A stretch of DNA of 64,000 bases from Octopus sinensis (GCF_006345805.1 NC_042998.1:105834001-105898000), one strand, 5' to 3'; counted from the first letter of the stretch, positions 13,287-25,362 are shown. Notes: generated from the letters alone by a model not told the origin. Made by a program: numbers and translations.

Positions 13287-14927
13287 ATGTTCTTGGAAAC
13301 TAAAAGGAAAACTAAATCAGTATACCAAATCGCTTGTCCTATGGCTAATCTGGAAGCGCGTCCCCCAGGGAAGAGCCAGCCTGGGATCGAAAAGTCATCA
13401 ACTGGCACAAACTCTTCTCCGAATACGGACATGGATGGTCACTTGAACGGGAAATCCCCCAACTCGAGCCCTCCAAGTTCACCACCACAACCACCACAGA
13501 AAGAAAATGTAAGCGGAACAAATGGATCCGAGAAGAGTATAAAGAAGTAATATACGCTTATTACTATGCATTAGGTAGGCCATCTCAAGAGAGACACACT
13601 GCAAACTCTTACAGTATATGGAGAACACGGAATCAAGACAGTAGGCCCTATTTGGACGAGAACAAATTAGCAAATGTGAGGAGGGATATCCTTAGAAATA
13701 ACAGACTCACAGACAGTGAAATAAGCGCGATCAAACACGCAACGGAAAATGACATAAATATAAGACACAAAGGAAATGAAGAATCAGATGAACAGTATAG
13801 CCCGCCACGAGGCTTAATTGAAAGACTGCCATCTGACCAAAGTACACAAAGGCCTGAAGATACAAGAAATTCTATTGTACCTGTTAAAGATAGCCAGGAA
13901 AACGATAAAACAACAGTAACTGAAGATCTCGCATTTGCTGAAGAACACAGAGAGTCTATGGCAGAAATGAGGCAGAAAATCCTGAATACGCTTGAAGTTG
14001 TAAGACATACAAGTATGAATGATAGAGAACCACTTCATAAACTCTCAAATACAAACCAAAATAAAAAACAAATCCAAATTAGCAACTATGTAACAAATGA
14101 AATAATACAAGAATTAAAACCTGATTTTACTGAGTTAAATGAAATTATTTACGCTTCTGCTAGAGCAATTGAAACCAGCTGTATGCCCCCGAAAAAACAA
14201 AGTAAACCAAACCTGGGAAGAAATCAAACCTGGAGAAGTAAAATTGAAAAAGAGATTGAATTTATGAGAGGGGAAATATCAATATTAAATGAACTAATAT
14301 GTGGAAATGATGTAAGATCCAGAACAGGAAGAAAGATGAAGAGAAAATTTGAATCCTCACCAAGAGAAGAACTGATATCAATAAAAGAAACGCTGAAACA
14401 AAAAGTCCAAGCAAAAGCCCAAAGAATACGAAGATTTGAGAAGAGAAACAAGTTTTACAAGCAAAATAAGCTGTTCACATCCAATGCCAAAAAATTCTAC
14501 AGAGAAATAGGGAAGGAGAAAGTAAAAGGATTTGGAGTGACAAGAAGATGTACAACATAAATGCAGACTGGATTATACAAACTGAAGGATTCTACCAAAA
14601 TTTACAACAACAAGCATGGGAAGACATCACAATAGCAGACCTAAGAAAGGCACTCACGAAGGCCCATAATTGGAAATTCCCCGGTAAAGATAGGGTGCCG
14701 AATTTCTGGCTCGCATCGCTCCCGTGCACACACGGTAAGCTAGTTCAGCTGCTCAATGGAATTATGAGAGACCCAAAGAAAACACCTGAATGGTTAGCAA
14801 GTGGTATTACTTACCTACTCTCAAAGAATAACGAAACCAACCTTCCAAAAAACTATTGGCCTATAACCTGTCTATCCACCATGTATAAAATCCTAACATC
14901 TATCCTGGCGGAGAAAACATATGCATT
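13287..14927 (+). pseudogene. 5' part of the Dong/R4 ORF (N-terminal domain and start of RT), frameshifted
   Basis: Track ORFs 13287, 13652 and 14548 join by 1-nt shifts; ends ...KILTSILAEKTYAF at the gypsy insertion. Confidence 0.85.
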
Positions 14928-15344
14928 TGTAGTGATGCTACAGTGTAGGGTTCGGCGCGCATGCGCAGAATGGGACTACTTCCGGGTGGCCACCGGAAGT
15001 CTTCCCCATGCGCATGTGCGGGAAAACATCTCTCGAGCCCGCGAACCTCAAATCTCTCTCTTCGGCTCAAGACAGCACTGCGATCGGTCACGGTTTTCCT
15101 GGCTCTGACAGCCACACACCAACTTCAACCAACTTCAACCAACCTCAACGACCAACACCAGCAGTATATCAGAGGCTGTCTATTCCCCCATCAGACAACG
15201 TACAACCATGAATCAATAAACCAAGTTGTCTGTTCACCTTTAACCTGAGTTTCGTCTGTTTGTTTTCTACAAGAATTTTGTATGTGACTAGAAAGGATCT
15301 CGACACCCTGCCAGTGCTTCGATGATAGATCCTTTCACGTTACA
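14928..15344 (+). repeat. 5' LTR (417 bp)
   Basis: Direct repeat of 19562-19978, no difference found by eye; TATA-like tatatca near 15165 and AATAAA near 15215. Confidence 0.95.
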
Positions 15345-15346
15345 AT

Positions 15347-15356
15347 TGGTGACCCC
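15347..15356 (+). promoter_or_regulatory. Primer-binding site complementary to the tRNA-Trp 3' end
   Basis: TGGTGACCCC 2 nt after the 5' LTR; eukaryotic tRNA-Trp ends ...GGGGUCACCA. Confidence 0.85.
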
Positions 15357-15734
15357 TAGTTGAGAAAAAGAACAGGATAGAAGAAGACACAGCGAACAGG
15401 TTTTTTTTTTTTGGGGCCGAAGAGCGCGGAAATTCACATTTATTTTCCTATTTTCTCCTTTTCAGCACGGCGAGGTGGGTAAAATAGCCTTATTCATCGC
15501 ACACAGTACAAAAAAAAAAACAAAAAAAAAACAAAGAAAAAAGAAAACACACACACATTCATTTTTTTTCCTTTCTGTATTTTGTTTTCCTTGTACACAC
15601 CTATTCCTTTTTTTTGCTACCCACGAGGTGCACACACAAACACAATTTTGAATTGCCTTCTCGGTTCCACGTGTTCTCTCCACTTCTAGACCATACCTTC
15701 TGCCCCCTTCTCACAGATTCCTTCCGACAAAGGC

Positions 15735-16215
15735 ATGGCTTCAGGTTTGCCTTCATTTACGGGGGATATGGCCTGTGGTTTGCCCAAGTGGAGTGGTATT
15801 TTGTTGCACATGCCATTTCTCCACAGCAGCAGTTGCACCTGCTATATCCGGCTTACATCCCCGACTCGCCGCATCGATCAGGGATCTAATAATAAGTCCC
15901 CACCCGGATGCCACATACGCGTCTGTGAAAGCAGAAATCCTCCGCCGCAACACACGTTCGGGGGAGAGCAATATTCAGATTGCCACGATGGCCGATGGAA
16001 TACTGGAATTTCCGAATCCATCTCCATCGCGAGGCCTCTGTGCATGTATAGGGGGCCCTGCGCAAATTTCACTAGCCGAGCGGATTGATGCGCTCACGCG
16101 GCGAATCGACGATCTATCCCGTGCGATCGAGCGCCGACAACGCAGTCGTAGTCGCTCTACCAAAAGGGCAGATCGGTGTACCCAGCCGTGCACTTTCAAG
16201 CCCTCGGAAAACTAA
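15735..16215 (+). pseudogene. gag: gag (short, frameshifted, apparently internally deleted)
   Basis: LPSF..D..LWFAQVE, IRDLIISP..ATYASVKAEILRR and RSRSRS..ADRCTQPCTF motifs of CsRn1-type Gag, spread over frames. Confidence 0.75.
16206..16212 (+). promoter_or_regulatory. -1 ribosomal frameshift slippery heptamer G_GAA_AAC with downstream stem-loop at 16220-16246
   Basis: Heptamer in gag frame immediately before the gag TAA; pol opens in the -1 frame; 7-nt spacer then an 11-bp stem with a 5-nt loop. Confidence 0.75.
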
Positions 16216-16787
16216 ATCCGGAGGAGGTGAGCACGTCACCTTCTTCCATCTCGTTTCCCAAACATCGTGCATTCTATGTAAAAGATCTGGTGTCGAAGAC
16301 ATTCTTCATGGTAGACACCGGTTCCTGTTGCAGCATCTGGCCCCTTCGTCTGGCTGCAGACAAGCCGAAGCGCTCTTCGATTGTCTTGCATGCTATTGAC
16401 TCGTCTCCCATAACCACTTACGGTCAGATTTCGCTGCGCCTCAACCTCAACCTTCGCCGAGACTTTCGATGGGTTTTCGTCATCGCTGACATCCCACATC
16501 CTATTCTCGGCGCTGATTTCCTGAATAGGTTTAACCTATTGGTGGATGTCAGGCGTCGGAGGCTTCTTGATAGCACGACGTCGCTCTCTACACCGACTGG
16601 GAGTTCCACCACTGCGGTCCTTAGCCCGACATTCTTTGTTGCCACCTCTGGAGACCCTTTTCACTCTCTTTTGGTTTCATTTCCGGAGCTAGTGGACATT
16701 GCCTTTAAACCGGAAAATCCTACCCACTCGACCTCCATTTCATCACCACCAATGGGCCACCTGTATTCTCACGCCCCCGGCGCCTAG
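16206..16787 (+). CDS. pol: pol: aspartic protease
   Basis: FMVDTGSCCSIWP ... ILGADFL; 1-nt shift near 16730 before RT. Confidence 0.88.
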   Translation, partial: GKLNPEEVSTSPSSISFPKHRAFYVKDLVSKTFFMVDTGSCCSIWPLRLAADKPKRSSIVLHAIDSSPITTYGQISLRLNLNLRRDFRWVFVIADIPHPILGADFLNRFNLLVDVRRRRLLDSTTSLSTPTGSSTTAVLSPTFFVATSGDPFHSLLVSFPELVDIAFKPENPTHSTSISSPPMGHLYSHAPGA

Positions 16788-17581
16788 CGCCAGACCGACT
16801 TAAAACGGCCAGAGCCGAGTTTGAGCACATGCTTCAACTTGGCATTATACGCCCCTCCACCAGCCCATGGGCATCTCCCCTTCATTTGGCGCGAAAGGGC
16901 GAGTCTGATTTTCGCCCGGTTGGAGACTATCGACGCCTCAATGCCGTCACAATAGCCGATCGCTATCCGATTAGAAATCTCCGGGACTTTACAGCAAATC
17001 TCCATGGTTGTACCATTTTTTCGAAGGTCGATCTGATACGCGCTTACCACCAAATACCGGTCAACCCAGCCGACGTTCCAAAAACTGCAATCACTACCCC
17101 GTTTGGGTGTTTTGAGTTTTTGTACATGAGTTTCGGTTTGCGGAATGCTACTAGCACCTTCCAGCGTTTCATTGATGAGGTTGTCCGCGGTCTTGATTTT
17201 GTGTTTGCCTATGTCGATGACATACTCATTGCGAGCGACACACGAGAAAATCATCTCCGGCACCTTTCTCAACTCTTCCAGCGTCTTCGCGCGTATAGCA
17301 TACGCATAAACCCCGACAAGTGTGTTTTCGGACGCTCTTCCCTAGATTTTCTAGGGATCATATTGATTCGACTGGAATCAGCCCCCTCTCGTCAAAAGTC
17401 GATGCCATTCAACGCATCGCACCCCCCCACTTCCTTGCGCCAGCTCAGGCATTATCTAGGGATGGTCAATTTCTACCGACGTTTCATTCCCGGTTGTGCA
17501 GATAAGCTGCTACCTCTCACCAGGCTGTTAAAGGACTCTCTAGAAAGGACAGTCAAGTCACCCTCTCTGTTGAGGCAGTGA
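16788..17581 (+). CDS. pol: pol: reverse transcriptase
   Basis: [46 protein letters not shown]; small frameshifts near 17355 and 17420. Confidence 0.92.
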
Positions 17582-19437
17582 CAGCCTTTGAGTCCATTAA
17601 GAAGGAGCTGGCTTCTGTTTCTTTGCTTGCACATCCAGTTCCTGGTGCTTCTCTCTCTTTGACTGTGGACGCATCGGACACTGCGATTGGCGCTGTGTTA
17701 CAACACACAGTGGATGACCATGTTCGACCTCTAGCCTTCTTTTCCCGTCAACTGCAACCAGCTGAACGACGATACAGCACCTTTGATCGTGAGCTCCTAG
17801 CGATCTACCTATCGGTTCGTCATTTCCAGCATCAACTTGAAGGGCGAGATTTTGTGATCTATACGGATCACAAGCCCCTTACGTTTGCCCTGTTTTCAAA
17901 AACGGACAAACTCTCACCCCGTGCTTTTCGGCACCTGGATTTTATCTCTCAATTTACTAGCAACATTCGACACATACCTGGAAAAGAGAACGTTCCTGCT
18001 GACGCTCTCTCTCGCCTTCCAGTTTGCGCCCTTTCGTCTCCTGCTGCTATCGACTTAGCTGCCATATCGCAGGAGCAGCCACCTTTGGCGTCGTTAGATT
18101 TAACTTCTCCCAAGTTCTCCTGTTGTCAGTTTTCCTACCTTCCGCTTCCGTCAGCCGAAGGCACCATTCTTTGTGACACTTCAACTGGATCTCCCAGGCC
18201 ACTGGTGCCTGAGACCCATCAACGCTCAGTGTTTGAAGCACTGCACTCCTTATCACATCCTGGCATCGCTGCCACCCTCAAACTAATCACTGCTCGGTTT
18301 TTCTGGCCGAATATGCGTCGCACAATTACTTCTTGGACACGCACCTGCTCCAAGTGTCAACGATCCAAGATTCAACGGCACGTTCGTGCCCCGCTTGGAC
18401 AATTTCCCCCCACGGAGGCCCGTTTTCGCCATGTCCACATCGATCTGGTTGGACCATGGCCTGTGAGTCGCGGGTTCTCTTATCTATTAACTTGTGTCGA
18501 TCGTTTCTCCCGCTGGCCAGAAGCCATTCCGATAGCAGACATTTCTGCTGAGACTGTTGCGCGAGCTTTCGTTTCAAACTGGATTTCTCGCTTCGGAGTC
18601 CCGTCCCGATTGACAACTGATCGTGGACGACAGTTTGAGGCCTCGCTATTTCGCGAATTGTCGCGAATTTTGGGTATGCACCATATCCACACCACAAGCT
18701 ACCATCCAGCGTCTAATGGATTGGTTGAGCGGTTCCATAGACAGCTCAAGGCCGCTCTTCGTGCCTCTTCGGACCCACAGTCCTGGATCGAATTTCTGCC
18801 CATTGTGCTTCTCGGCTGTCGGACTGCTGTCAAGGCAGACCTGGGGTTTTCTGCTGCAGAGCTGCTGTATGGTACCACACTGGCATTGCCCGGTACGATG
18901 TTGGTGCCAGACACTTCCCCGCCCCATGATCCGGCGACCTATGTCACCAGACTGCGGGAATATTTTTCAAACCTTCCGCCCATGCTTCCCAGAAAGCAAT
19001 CTCCACCGTCCCATCTTCCACCGGATATGAACACCTGGTCGCATGTTTTTGTTCGGGACGATTCTGTGAAGGGCCCACTTGTTTCTCCCTATAAAGGTAA
19101 AACCTTTTCGTGTGCTTTCTCGCACACCAAGGTTTTCACGATTGAGATAAATGGTCGTTCGGAGACCGTTTCCGTGGACCGTTTAAAAAAGGCACATTTT
19201 GAGACGTCTTCATCTTTTGATGACAACCTTGACACACCCACCTATGCACCTTTAACAACACTTTCACCTGCACAAACGCCTTCACCTGCACAAACGCCTT
19301 CACCTGCACAAACACCTTCACCGGCTCCTACAACACCACCCTCGCCGTCAACGGGTGCCCCGAGCACACCGTATGTTACAAAATCGGGCAGAACAGTGCA
19401 TTGGCCCAAGAAACTTTCAAAAACAATTTACATTTAA
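17578..19437 (+). CDS. pol: pol: RNase H and integrase
   Basis: [30 protein letters not shown]; H-H-C-C zinc finger; DLVGP...TDRG..F...VERFHR catalytic core; C-terminal TKSGR motif, no chromodomain. Confidence 0.93.
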   Translation: MTAFESIKKELASVSLLAHPVPGASLSLTVDASDTAIGAVLQHTVDDHVRPLAFFSRQLQPAERRYSTFDRELLAIYLSVRHFQHQLEGRDFVIYTDHKPLTFALFSKTDKLSPRAFRHLDFISQFTSNIRHIPGKENVPADALSRLPVCALSSPAAIDLAAISQEQPPLASLDLTSPKFSCCQFSYLPLPSAEGTILCDTSTGSPRPLVPETHQRSVFEALHSLSHPGIAATLKLITARFFWPNMRRTITSWTRTCSKCQRSKIQRHVRAPLGQFPPTEARFRHVHIDLVGPWPVSRGFSYLLTCVDRFSRWPEAIPIADISAETVARAFVSNWISRFGVPSRLTTDRGRQFEASLFRELSRILGMHHIHTTSYHPASNGLVERFHRQLKAALRASSDPQSWIEFLPIVLLGCRTAVKADLGFSAAELLYGTTLALPGTMLVPDTSPPHDPATYVTRLREYFSNLPPMLPRKQSPPSHLPPDMNTWSHVFVRDDSVKGPLVSPYKGKTFSCAFSHTKVFTIEINGRSETVSVDRLKKAHFETSSSFDDNLDTPTYAPLTTLSPAQTPSPAQTPSPAQTPSPAPTTPPSPSTGAPSTPYVTKSGRTVHWPKKLSKTIYI

Positions 19438-19549
19438 CTTTAAAATGTTTCTTATTGTATAATAGTATGTACCAAGTCTTCTGGGGGATCGGCAAGCCTT
19501 CTGTTTTCTGCAGCACCACCACATATTCTGGTTGCCGTACTTCGCACTC

Positions 19550-19561
19550 GGAGGGGAGCCC
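19550..19561 (+). promoter_or_regulatory. Polypurine tract
   Basis: GGAGGGGAGCCC abutting the 3' LTR. Confidence 0.85.
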
Positions 19562-19978
19562 TGTAGTGATGCTACAGTGTAGGGTTCGGCGCGCATGCGC
19601 AGAATGGGACTACTTCCGGGTGGCCACCGGAAGTCTTCCCCATGCGCATGTGCGGGAAAACATCTCTCGAGCCCGCGAACCTCAAATCTCTCTCTTCGGC
19701 TCAAGACAGCACTGCGATCGGTCACGGTTTTCCTGGCTCTGACAGCCACACACCAACTTCAACCAACTTCAACCAACCTCAACGACCAACACCAGCAGTA
19801 TATCAGAGGCTGTCTATTCCCCCATCAGACAACGTACAACCATGAATCAATAAACCAAGTTGTCTGTTCACCTTTAACCTGAGTTTCGTCTGTTTGTTTT
19901 CTACAAGAATTTTGTATGTGACTAGAAAGGATCTCGACACCCTGCCAGTGCTTCGATGATAGATCCTTTCACGTTACA
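19562..19978 (+). repeat. 3' LTR (417 bp)
   Basis: Direct repeat of the 5' LTR, preceded by the PPT. Confidence 0.95.
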
Positions 19979-19982
19979 CATT

Positions 19983-21960
19983 CATGGAGAAGAACGATAT
20001 TTTCCCCATTGAACAAAAAGGGTGCCGCTGAGGCTCTTACGGCTGCAAAGATCAACTGCTAATTAATCGTATGATCCTTGAGAACTGTCACAACAAGCGC
20101 AGAAATCTCAGCTCCGCATGGATTGACTATAAAAAGGCCTTCGACAGTAAACCGCATCCATGGATCTTGAGATCGCTGGACATCTTCAAAATTTCCCCTG
20201 TGATTTCAAACTTCCTGAAGCACAATATGTCGTTGTGGAATACGAATCTCCACTCTAATGGAGTACTTGCCTCAGAAAATATAAACATCAACTGTGGAAT
20301 TTTTCAAGGTGACTCACTTTCACCTTTAATATTCTGCATAGCCCTAATACCCCTTACAAGTGAATTAAACAAAACAGGGTATGGGTATAAAGTTGCCAAT
20401 AAAAAAATAAGCCATCTATTTTATATGGATGACTTAAAACTTTATGGTAAAGACAATAATGAACTTGAAGGCCTATTGCGCACTGTGAAAGCATTCAGCA
20501 ATGACATTGGATGGAGTTTGGACTTGAGAAGTGTGCCAAGGCCACTTTCCAGAAGGGAAAGCGAAGACCACAATTCAGTCGTGTTAGATGTTGACACAGT
20601 CATAAGGGAGCTTGAGCAAGAACAAACATACAAATATTTAGGGATAAATGAAGGCTGGTATTCAGCATGCAAGCATGAAGAGAAGATCAGGAGGAATGTT
20701 ATAGGAGAGTACGTGCAGTCTGAAATCTGAACTAAATGCACGTAACAAGTGTAGCATAAATTCCTTAGCAGTTCCAGTTGTTACTTATAGCTACAATGTG
20801 TTGAACTGGAGTATGAGTGAAGTAAAGAATATAGATAGGAAATACGCAAGCTGCTGAGTTGTAATAGGATGCACCACCCAAAAGCAGACGTAGATCACCT
20901 TTACCTTCCCAGAGCCCAAGGAGTCGAGGCCTGATCCAATTTGAACTAGCTTACAAAAACAACACAATTGGACTGGCCAAATATCTCGAAATAACGAATG
21001 ACTGGATGCTAAAGCTCGTGGAAAATCACAAGAGACGAAAGAAGCTTCATTCCATCATGAAGGAAAGCAAAAAATTTGCTATTGATCTCGTGCATGATAC
21101 CCAAACTGAACAACCCGAGGGAAGTACGAACTATTGTTGCAAAGAGGTGAAAATAATGGCAACGAAAAAAGCGCACAAGCAATTGGCTGATAGGTGGGAG
21201 GAGAAACCTCTGCATGGCAAATGTGGCCCGCAGCAAACAAGCTGATGTTGACCAGAAGCAAACCCATCAGTGGCTACGGAGCTCAGGGCTAAAAGCAGAG
21301 AGCGAAGGTTTCATACTGGCTGCTCAAGATCAAAGCCTATTAACCGGAACTACCAAGCCAATGTGATGAAAAATGGAGCAGACCCAAAATGCCGATTCTG
21401 CAACGACATGATTGAAACAGTGGACCACCTAATCTCTGGATGTAAAGTCTTAGCACCAGTGAGTATAAATTAAGACATGACAGAGTTGGCCAATATCTAC
21501 ACTGGCTAATAAGTCAGCATTACAATATCAAAACTGCCGACAAGTGGTATAATCACCACCTGAGGCTGTAACTGAAGGAGAAAATGTAACCATTCTGTGG
21601 GACTTTCCAGTACATACAGACCGAACATCAAGGCCAATAAACCAGATATTGTTGTGAAAGACCAAAACAATAAGTTTGCTTATTGATCGACATGAGCATC
21701 CCCTGTGATCATAATATCTCAGCAAAAGAGTTTGACAAGCTCAGAAAATATAAGACCTACTCATTGAAATTGAGAAAAGTGGCATCTCAAGGCGGTTACA
21801 ATACCAGTGATCGTAGGAGCACTAGGAATGATCAAGAAGGGAACCGAAAATTATATGAGAATGATCCCTGGCTTACCATCCCTGTAAGAAGTGCAAAAGA
21901 TTGTCTTAACTGGTACATCACACGTATTGAGAAGAGCATTGTCGATGTGAGAACTGTTGC
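19983..21960 (+). pseudogene. 3' part of the Dong/R4 ORF (RT, thumb, zinc knuckle, RLE) with stops and frameshifts
   Basis: Resumes MEKNDIFPIEQKGCR*GSYGCKDQL; removing the gypsy element and one CATT restores TYAF-MEKN. Confidence 0.88.
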
Positions 21961-22124
21961 TGCTCATGTATTTTAATTTAACTTAAAAAAAAAATTTTTT
22001 AAATGAACGAACTATCGAGTTTGGTTTAATGGCCTACCAATGTATACTATGAGTTTGTTTGCCCTAGGAGTCGGGAAGACACTCGGCAAGAAATGGAAGC
22101 AAATTTGAAAGAAGAAGAAAAAAA

Positions 22125-22159
<35 letters not shown>

Positions 22160-22160
<1 letters not shown>

Positions 22161-22350
22161 TTAACCTTGATCAGTAGAATGTCATAAAAGAGTTAGAACC
22201 AGAGGAGAGCTACAAATACCTAGGGTAATTGAAGGGGACAAATCAAAGATTCAGTGATGAGGGAAAGGATCAGAAGAGAATGTTATTGCAAGGTGAGAGC
22301 AATACTGATGAAAGAGCTGAATGCAAAAAACAGGATCAAAACAATCAACA
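22160..22350 (+). mobile_element. R4/Dong-like RT-thumb fragment directly after (TAA)n
   Basis: VIKELEPEESYKYLG..ERIRRECYCKVRAILMKELNAKNRIKTIN, homologous to 20600-20760 but diverged. Confidence 0.7.
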
Positions 22351-23458
22351 ATCAGAAAAATAATCCAGAATCCTTAACCGATACTGGATTGATCCCATAA
22401 TCTAATCAGTTCATGATAGTCACGAGGCCAAACATCCCTGAACATTTCATCTGAATCCATCCAATGGTTCTTTAGATATCTTGTCCACAGACAAACAAAC
22501 AAACACAACTGAAAACAATACCTCCATCTTTGCTAAAGGTAGGGGTAATAATCAATACTCTGATGCAGTACCAGGCAGTGGCTTTCATGGCTTCTCATCT
22601 TAACTGAATGGAAGTGTTATCACGTACATGTTTTGTCATGGTGTAAATGATGGGTTACAGCAAATATTCTGCTCAATACCACATATTTGCTTGTTATTTG
22701 CTTGACCTTACCCAGATGAGCATTTCCCTTAGTGGCTGACAATATGTACATCTCTGATCGTAAGCAGGAGTAGTGGAGGACCATCATACTCATGTGTTGA
22801 GAGGGATTCTTTGTGGTTTCAATAATTCACTCCTGGAAACATGAGTTGTTTCATTCATCATTCTTAAACAAACCGTATTCTGGGATCTTTTGATTAGGAT
22901 GGGCTACTCAATCTGAAGAAAGTTCTTAGTGAGCCCCACCTGCAAGGTCATGGATAGTTTATCTTGGTATGATGTCACCATGTCATGCACATATGGTTGT
23001 GATGCATGTGCAAGGTATACCTGGTATATTGGGCTTTGTATATTTGTATGCCAGCCACTAGCATAGGTGTGGTCCATCCCAGGTGGTACTTTTGGGTCTG
23101 CTGTAGGCAATATGTATTTTTTGTGGGGTCCGAGGGCAGCAAATGGAAAGGTCATCCCGGGCAGTACACACTCTAGCTACACTAGTGACCCCAGCATCAG
23201 ATCGATGATGTGTGTTGCTCTTTCACTCAATAATAAAAATAATGATAGTAATGATGATAATAGTAATAATAATGATTTCTACTATAGACACAAGATATGA
23301 AATTTTGAGGGAAGGGCTACATTGACCTCAGTGTGCAGCTGGTACTTATTTCATTGCCCCCAAACAGATAAAAAGCAAAGTTGACTTCAGTAGAATTTGA
23401 ACTCAGAATGTAAAGAACTGTAAGAAATACCACTAAGCATTTTGCCCAGCAAGGTATG

Positions 23459-23520
<62 letters not shown>

Positions 23521-23608
23521 TAGGGTCAAGGGATGACCCAGGTTCAGCAGAAGACAACAGACCATATTTTATTTTTAAAAAGATAGTAGTAGTAGTAGTA
23601 GTAGTAGT

Positions 23609-23688
<80 letters not shown>

Positions 23689-23701
23689 TAGTAGTAGTAG
23701 T
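23459..23701. repeat. (TAA)n and (TAG)n(CAG)n(TAG)n microsatellites
   Basis: Direct reading. Confidence 0.95.
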
Positions 23702-23703
23702 AA

Positions 23704-23960
23704 TTTGTCATTGGGGCATTGGGTTCAATACCACCCAATCTGAAAAAAACATCTGAAAACTTTATAAATACCCTACAATTCAGATGTATAGCAAAAATAG
23801 GCATTGCTTGGAACTGCACGAATATTGCATAAAGTACTGTCTGCCTGAAGTCCTTGTAATTTAACAAACAGTACAATCCCCGGTAGACACAGTATCTTCA
23901 ATCAACAACCTCATGATATTGTATACTGTGTGATGTTTATAATAATAATAATAATAATAA
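23704..23960 (+). mobile_element. 5'-truncated R4/Dong-like 3' end with (TAA)n tail
   Basis: VIGALGSIP..ALLGTARILHKVLSA* then a short UTR and (TAA)n at 23939-23960. Confidence 0.7.
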
Positions 23961-25362
23961 TTTCTACCTTAGTTACAAGGCCCCATATAAAAAGGATCAA
24001 GGACAACTATAGTCAACTCAACTGACATGAGACAAAGTGCTTAGCAGTATTTCATCCACCTTTATTATGTTCTGAGTTCAAATTCCACCAAGGTCAACTT
24101 TGCTTTTCATCCTTTCAGGATTGACAAAATAAGTATCAGTTGAGCACCAGGGTCACTGCATTTGACTAGCCCTCTCTCCTAGTTACATTAGATAATGTAG
24201 TCAGAGGTACACTGTTCCTAGAATCAAAATGCCAGACGATCAGAGACGTAATGTTTCTAATCATAAGTTTGTTTTGTTAGAACAGACTTGTACTTAAAAC
24301 AACAACAGCCATAACAAAAAACTACCACTACTACAATAACAACAACAGTTTTAATAACTGAAACAGCAACATTATTTTAGGTTTGAAAGTTAGAAGTCTG
24401 AAACTATTGCAGTCAAACATATATTTGATGTAACAAAGATGGCCACAGCTACAACCTTGTATTTGTTATGCTGTCATTATAAAGGTTAAAAAGTGAAGCT
24501 TTAGAACAGAAATGACTGATGAGATCAAATAATACCAGAAGTAATGCTTTGTTTTCCTAAAACAAGCTACTGTATTTTATTTTGTTTGCCCCAGTACGAG
24601 ATGATTGATTGTTCCCATAACTCTGAGAAGTCAGGCTTCTTCTATTTTCTATGTCTTAAATAATATTTATTGATGTTATATCTTGGATAATACCCTAATG
24701 ATATTCATTTCATTTCTAGTAACCCATGAGCTGATCTCTGTATAACAGTGCCAGCTAGCACTGTATTAATTTATTTAAATTACTAACATTGAGACAGTCT
24801 TATCTATGAAGGGATGCAAAATGTGGAAATAAAAACATGCAGGAAATTCCATATTGCTTTAGAATAAATTTTCCATATAGTCACAGACAGGTACAGTTGT
24901 TATTGTAAGACATTTAGCTTGCAGCCATGTAGTTCTGAGATCAATCCCCTTGTGCAGTACCTACAGCAAGTGTCTTCTACAATAGCCCCAGACTGATTAA
25001 TGCCTTTGAGTGAATTTGGTTGACAGAAACTGTATGTCTTTGTGTTTGTATTCATCTTCCACTTGAAAATCAGTATTGGTTTGTGTATGTCCCTGTAACA
25101 TAGCAGTTCGGCAAATGAGACAAATAGATTAAGAATCAGACTTCCAAAAAAAAAAAAAAAGAACTTAGTACTTGGGTTGATTTGTTCCATTAAACCCTTC
25201 AAACATTACCATAGTCCAAGACTGAAGCAAATTAAAGATAAAAGATAAAGACTAAGATAAAGAATGGTGGCAACTCAAGTAAAAACAAAGAAGTAGTACA
25301 TATTGCACTAATTGAAAATTCCATCAATAATTGTAGAGTTTATTTTAGCATTACATAATCAC

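Larger units (their letters stand above)
14928..19978 (+). mobile_element. Complete Ty3/gypsy LTR retrotransposon, CsRn1-like
   Basis: TGTA...TACA LTRs, CATT TSD (14924-14927 and 19979-19982), PBS-Trp, PPT, gag-PR-RT-RH-IN domain order. Confidence 0.95.
13178..22125 (+). mobile_element. R4/Dong-clade non-LTR retrotransposon (RT + CCHC + restriction-like endonuclease), interrupted by a gypsy element
   Basis: N-terminal KW.REEYKEVIYAYYYA motif; RT motifs (IDYKKAFDS, GIFQGDSLSPL, YMDDLKLY); CRFC..ETVDHLISGC knuckle; KPDIVV..IDMSIP..KY endonuclease; follows aataataa and is followed by (TAA)n at 22126-22159. Confidence 0.9.

Noticed and set aside
14900-19882. Duplicated small ORFs (14900/19417, 14961/19595, 15008/19642) and antisense ORFs inside pol
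   Set aside because: By-products of the identical LTRs and of GC-richer pol sequence; no env-like or extra gene is supported.
24500-24550. CTGATGAG motif
   Set aside because: No GAAA or stems downstream.
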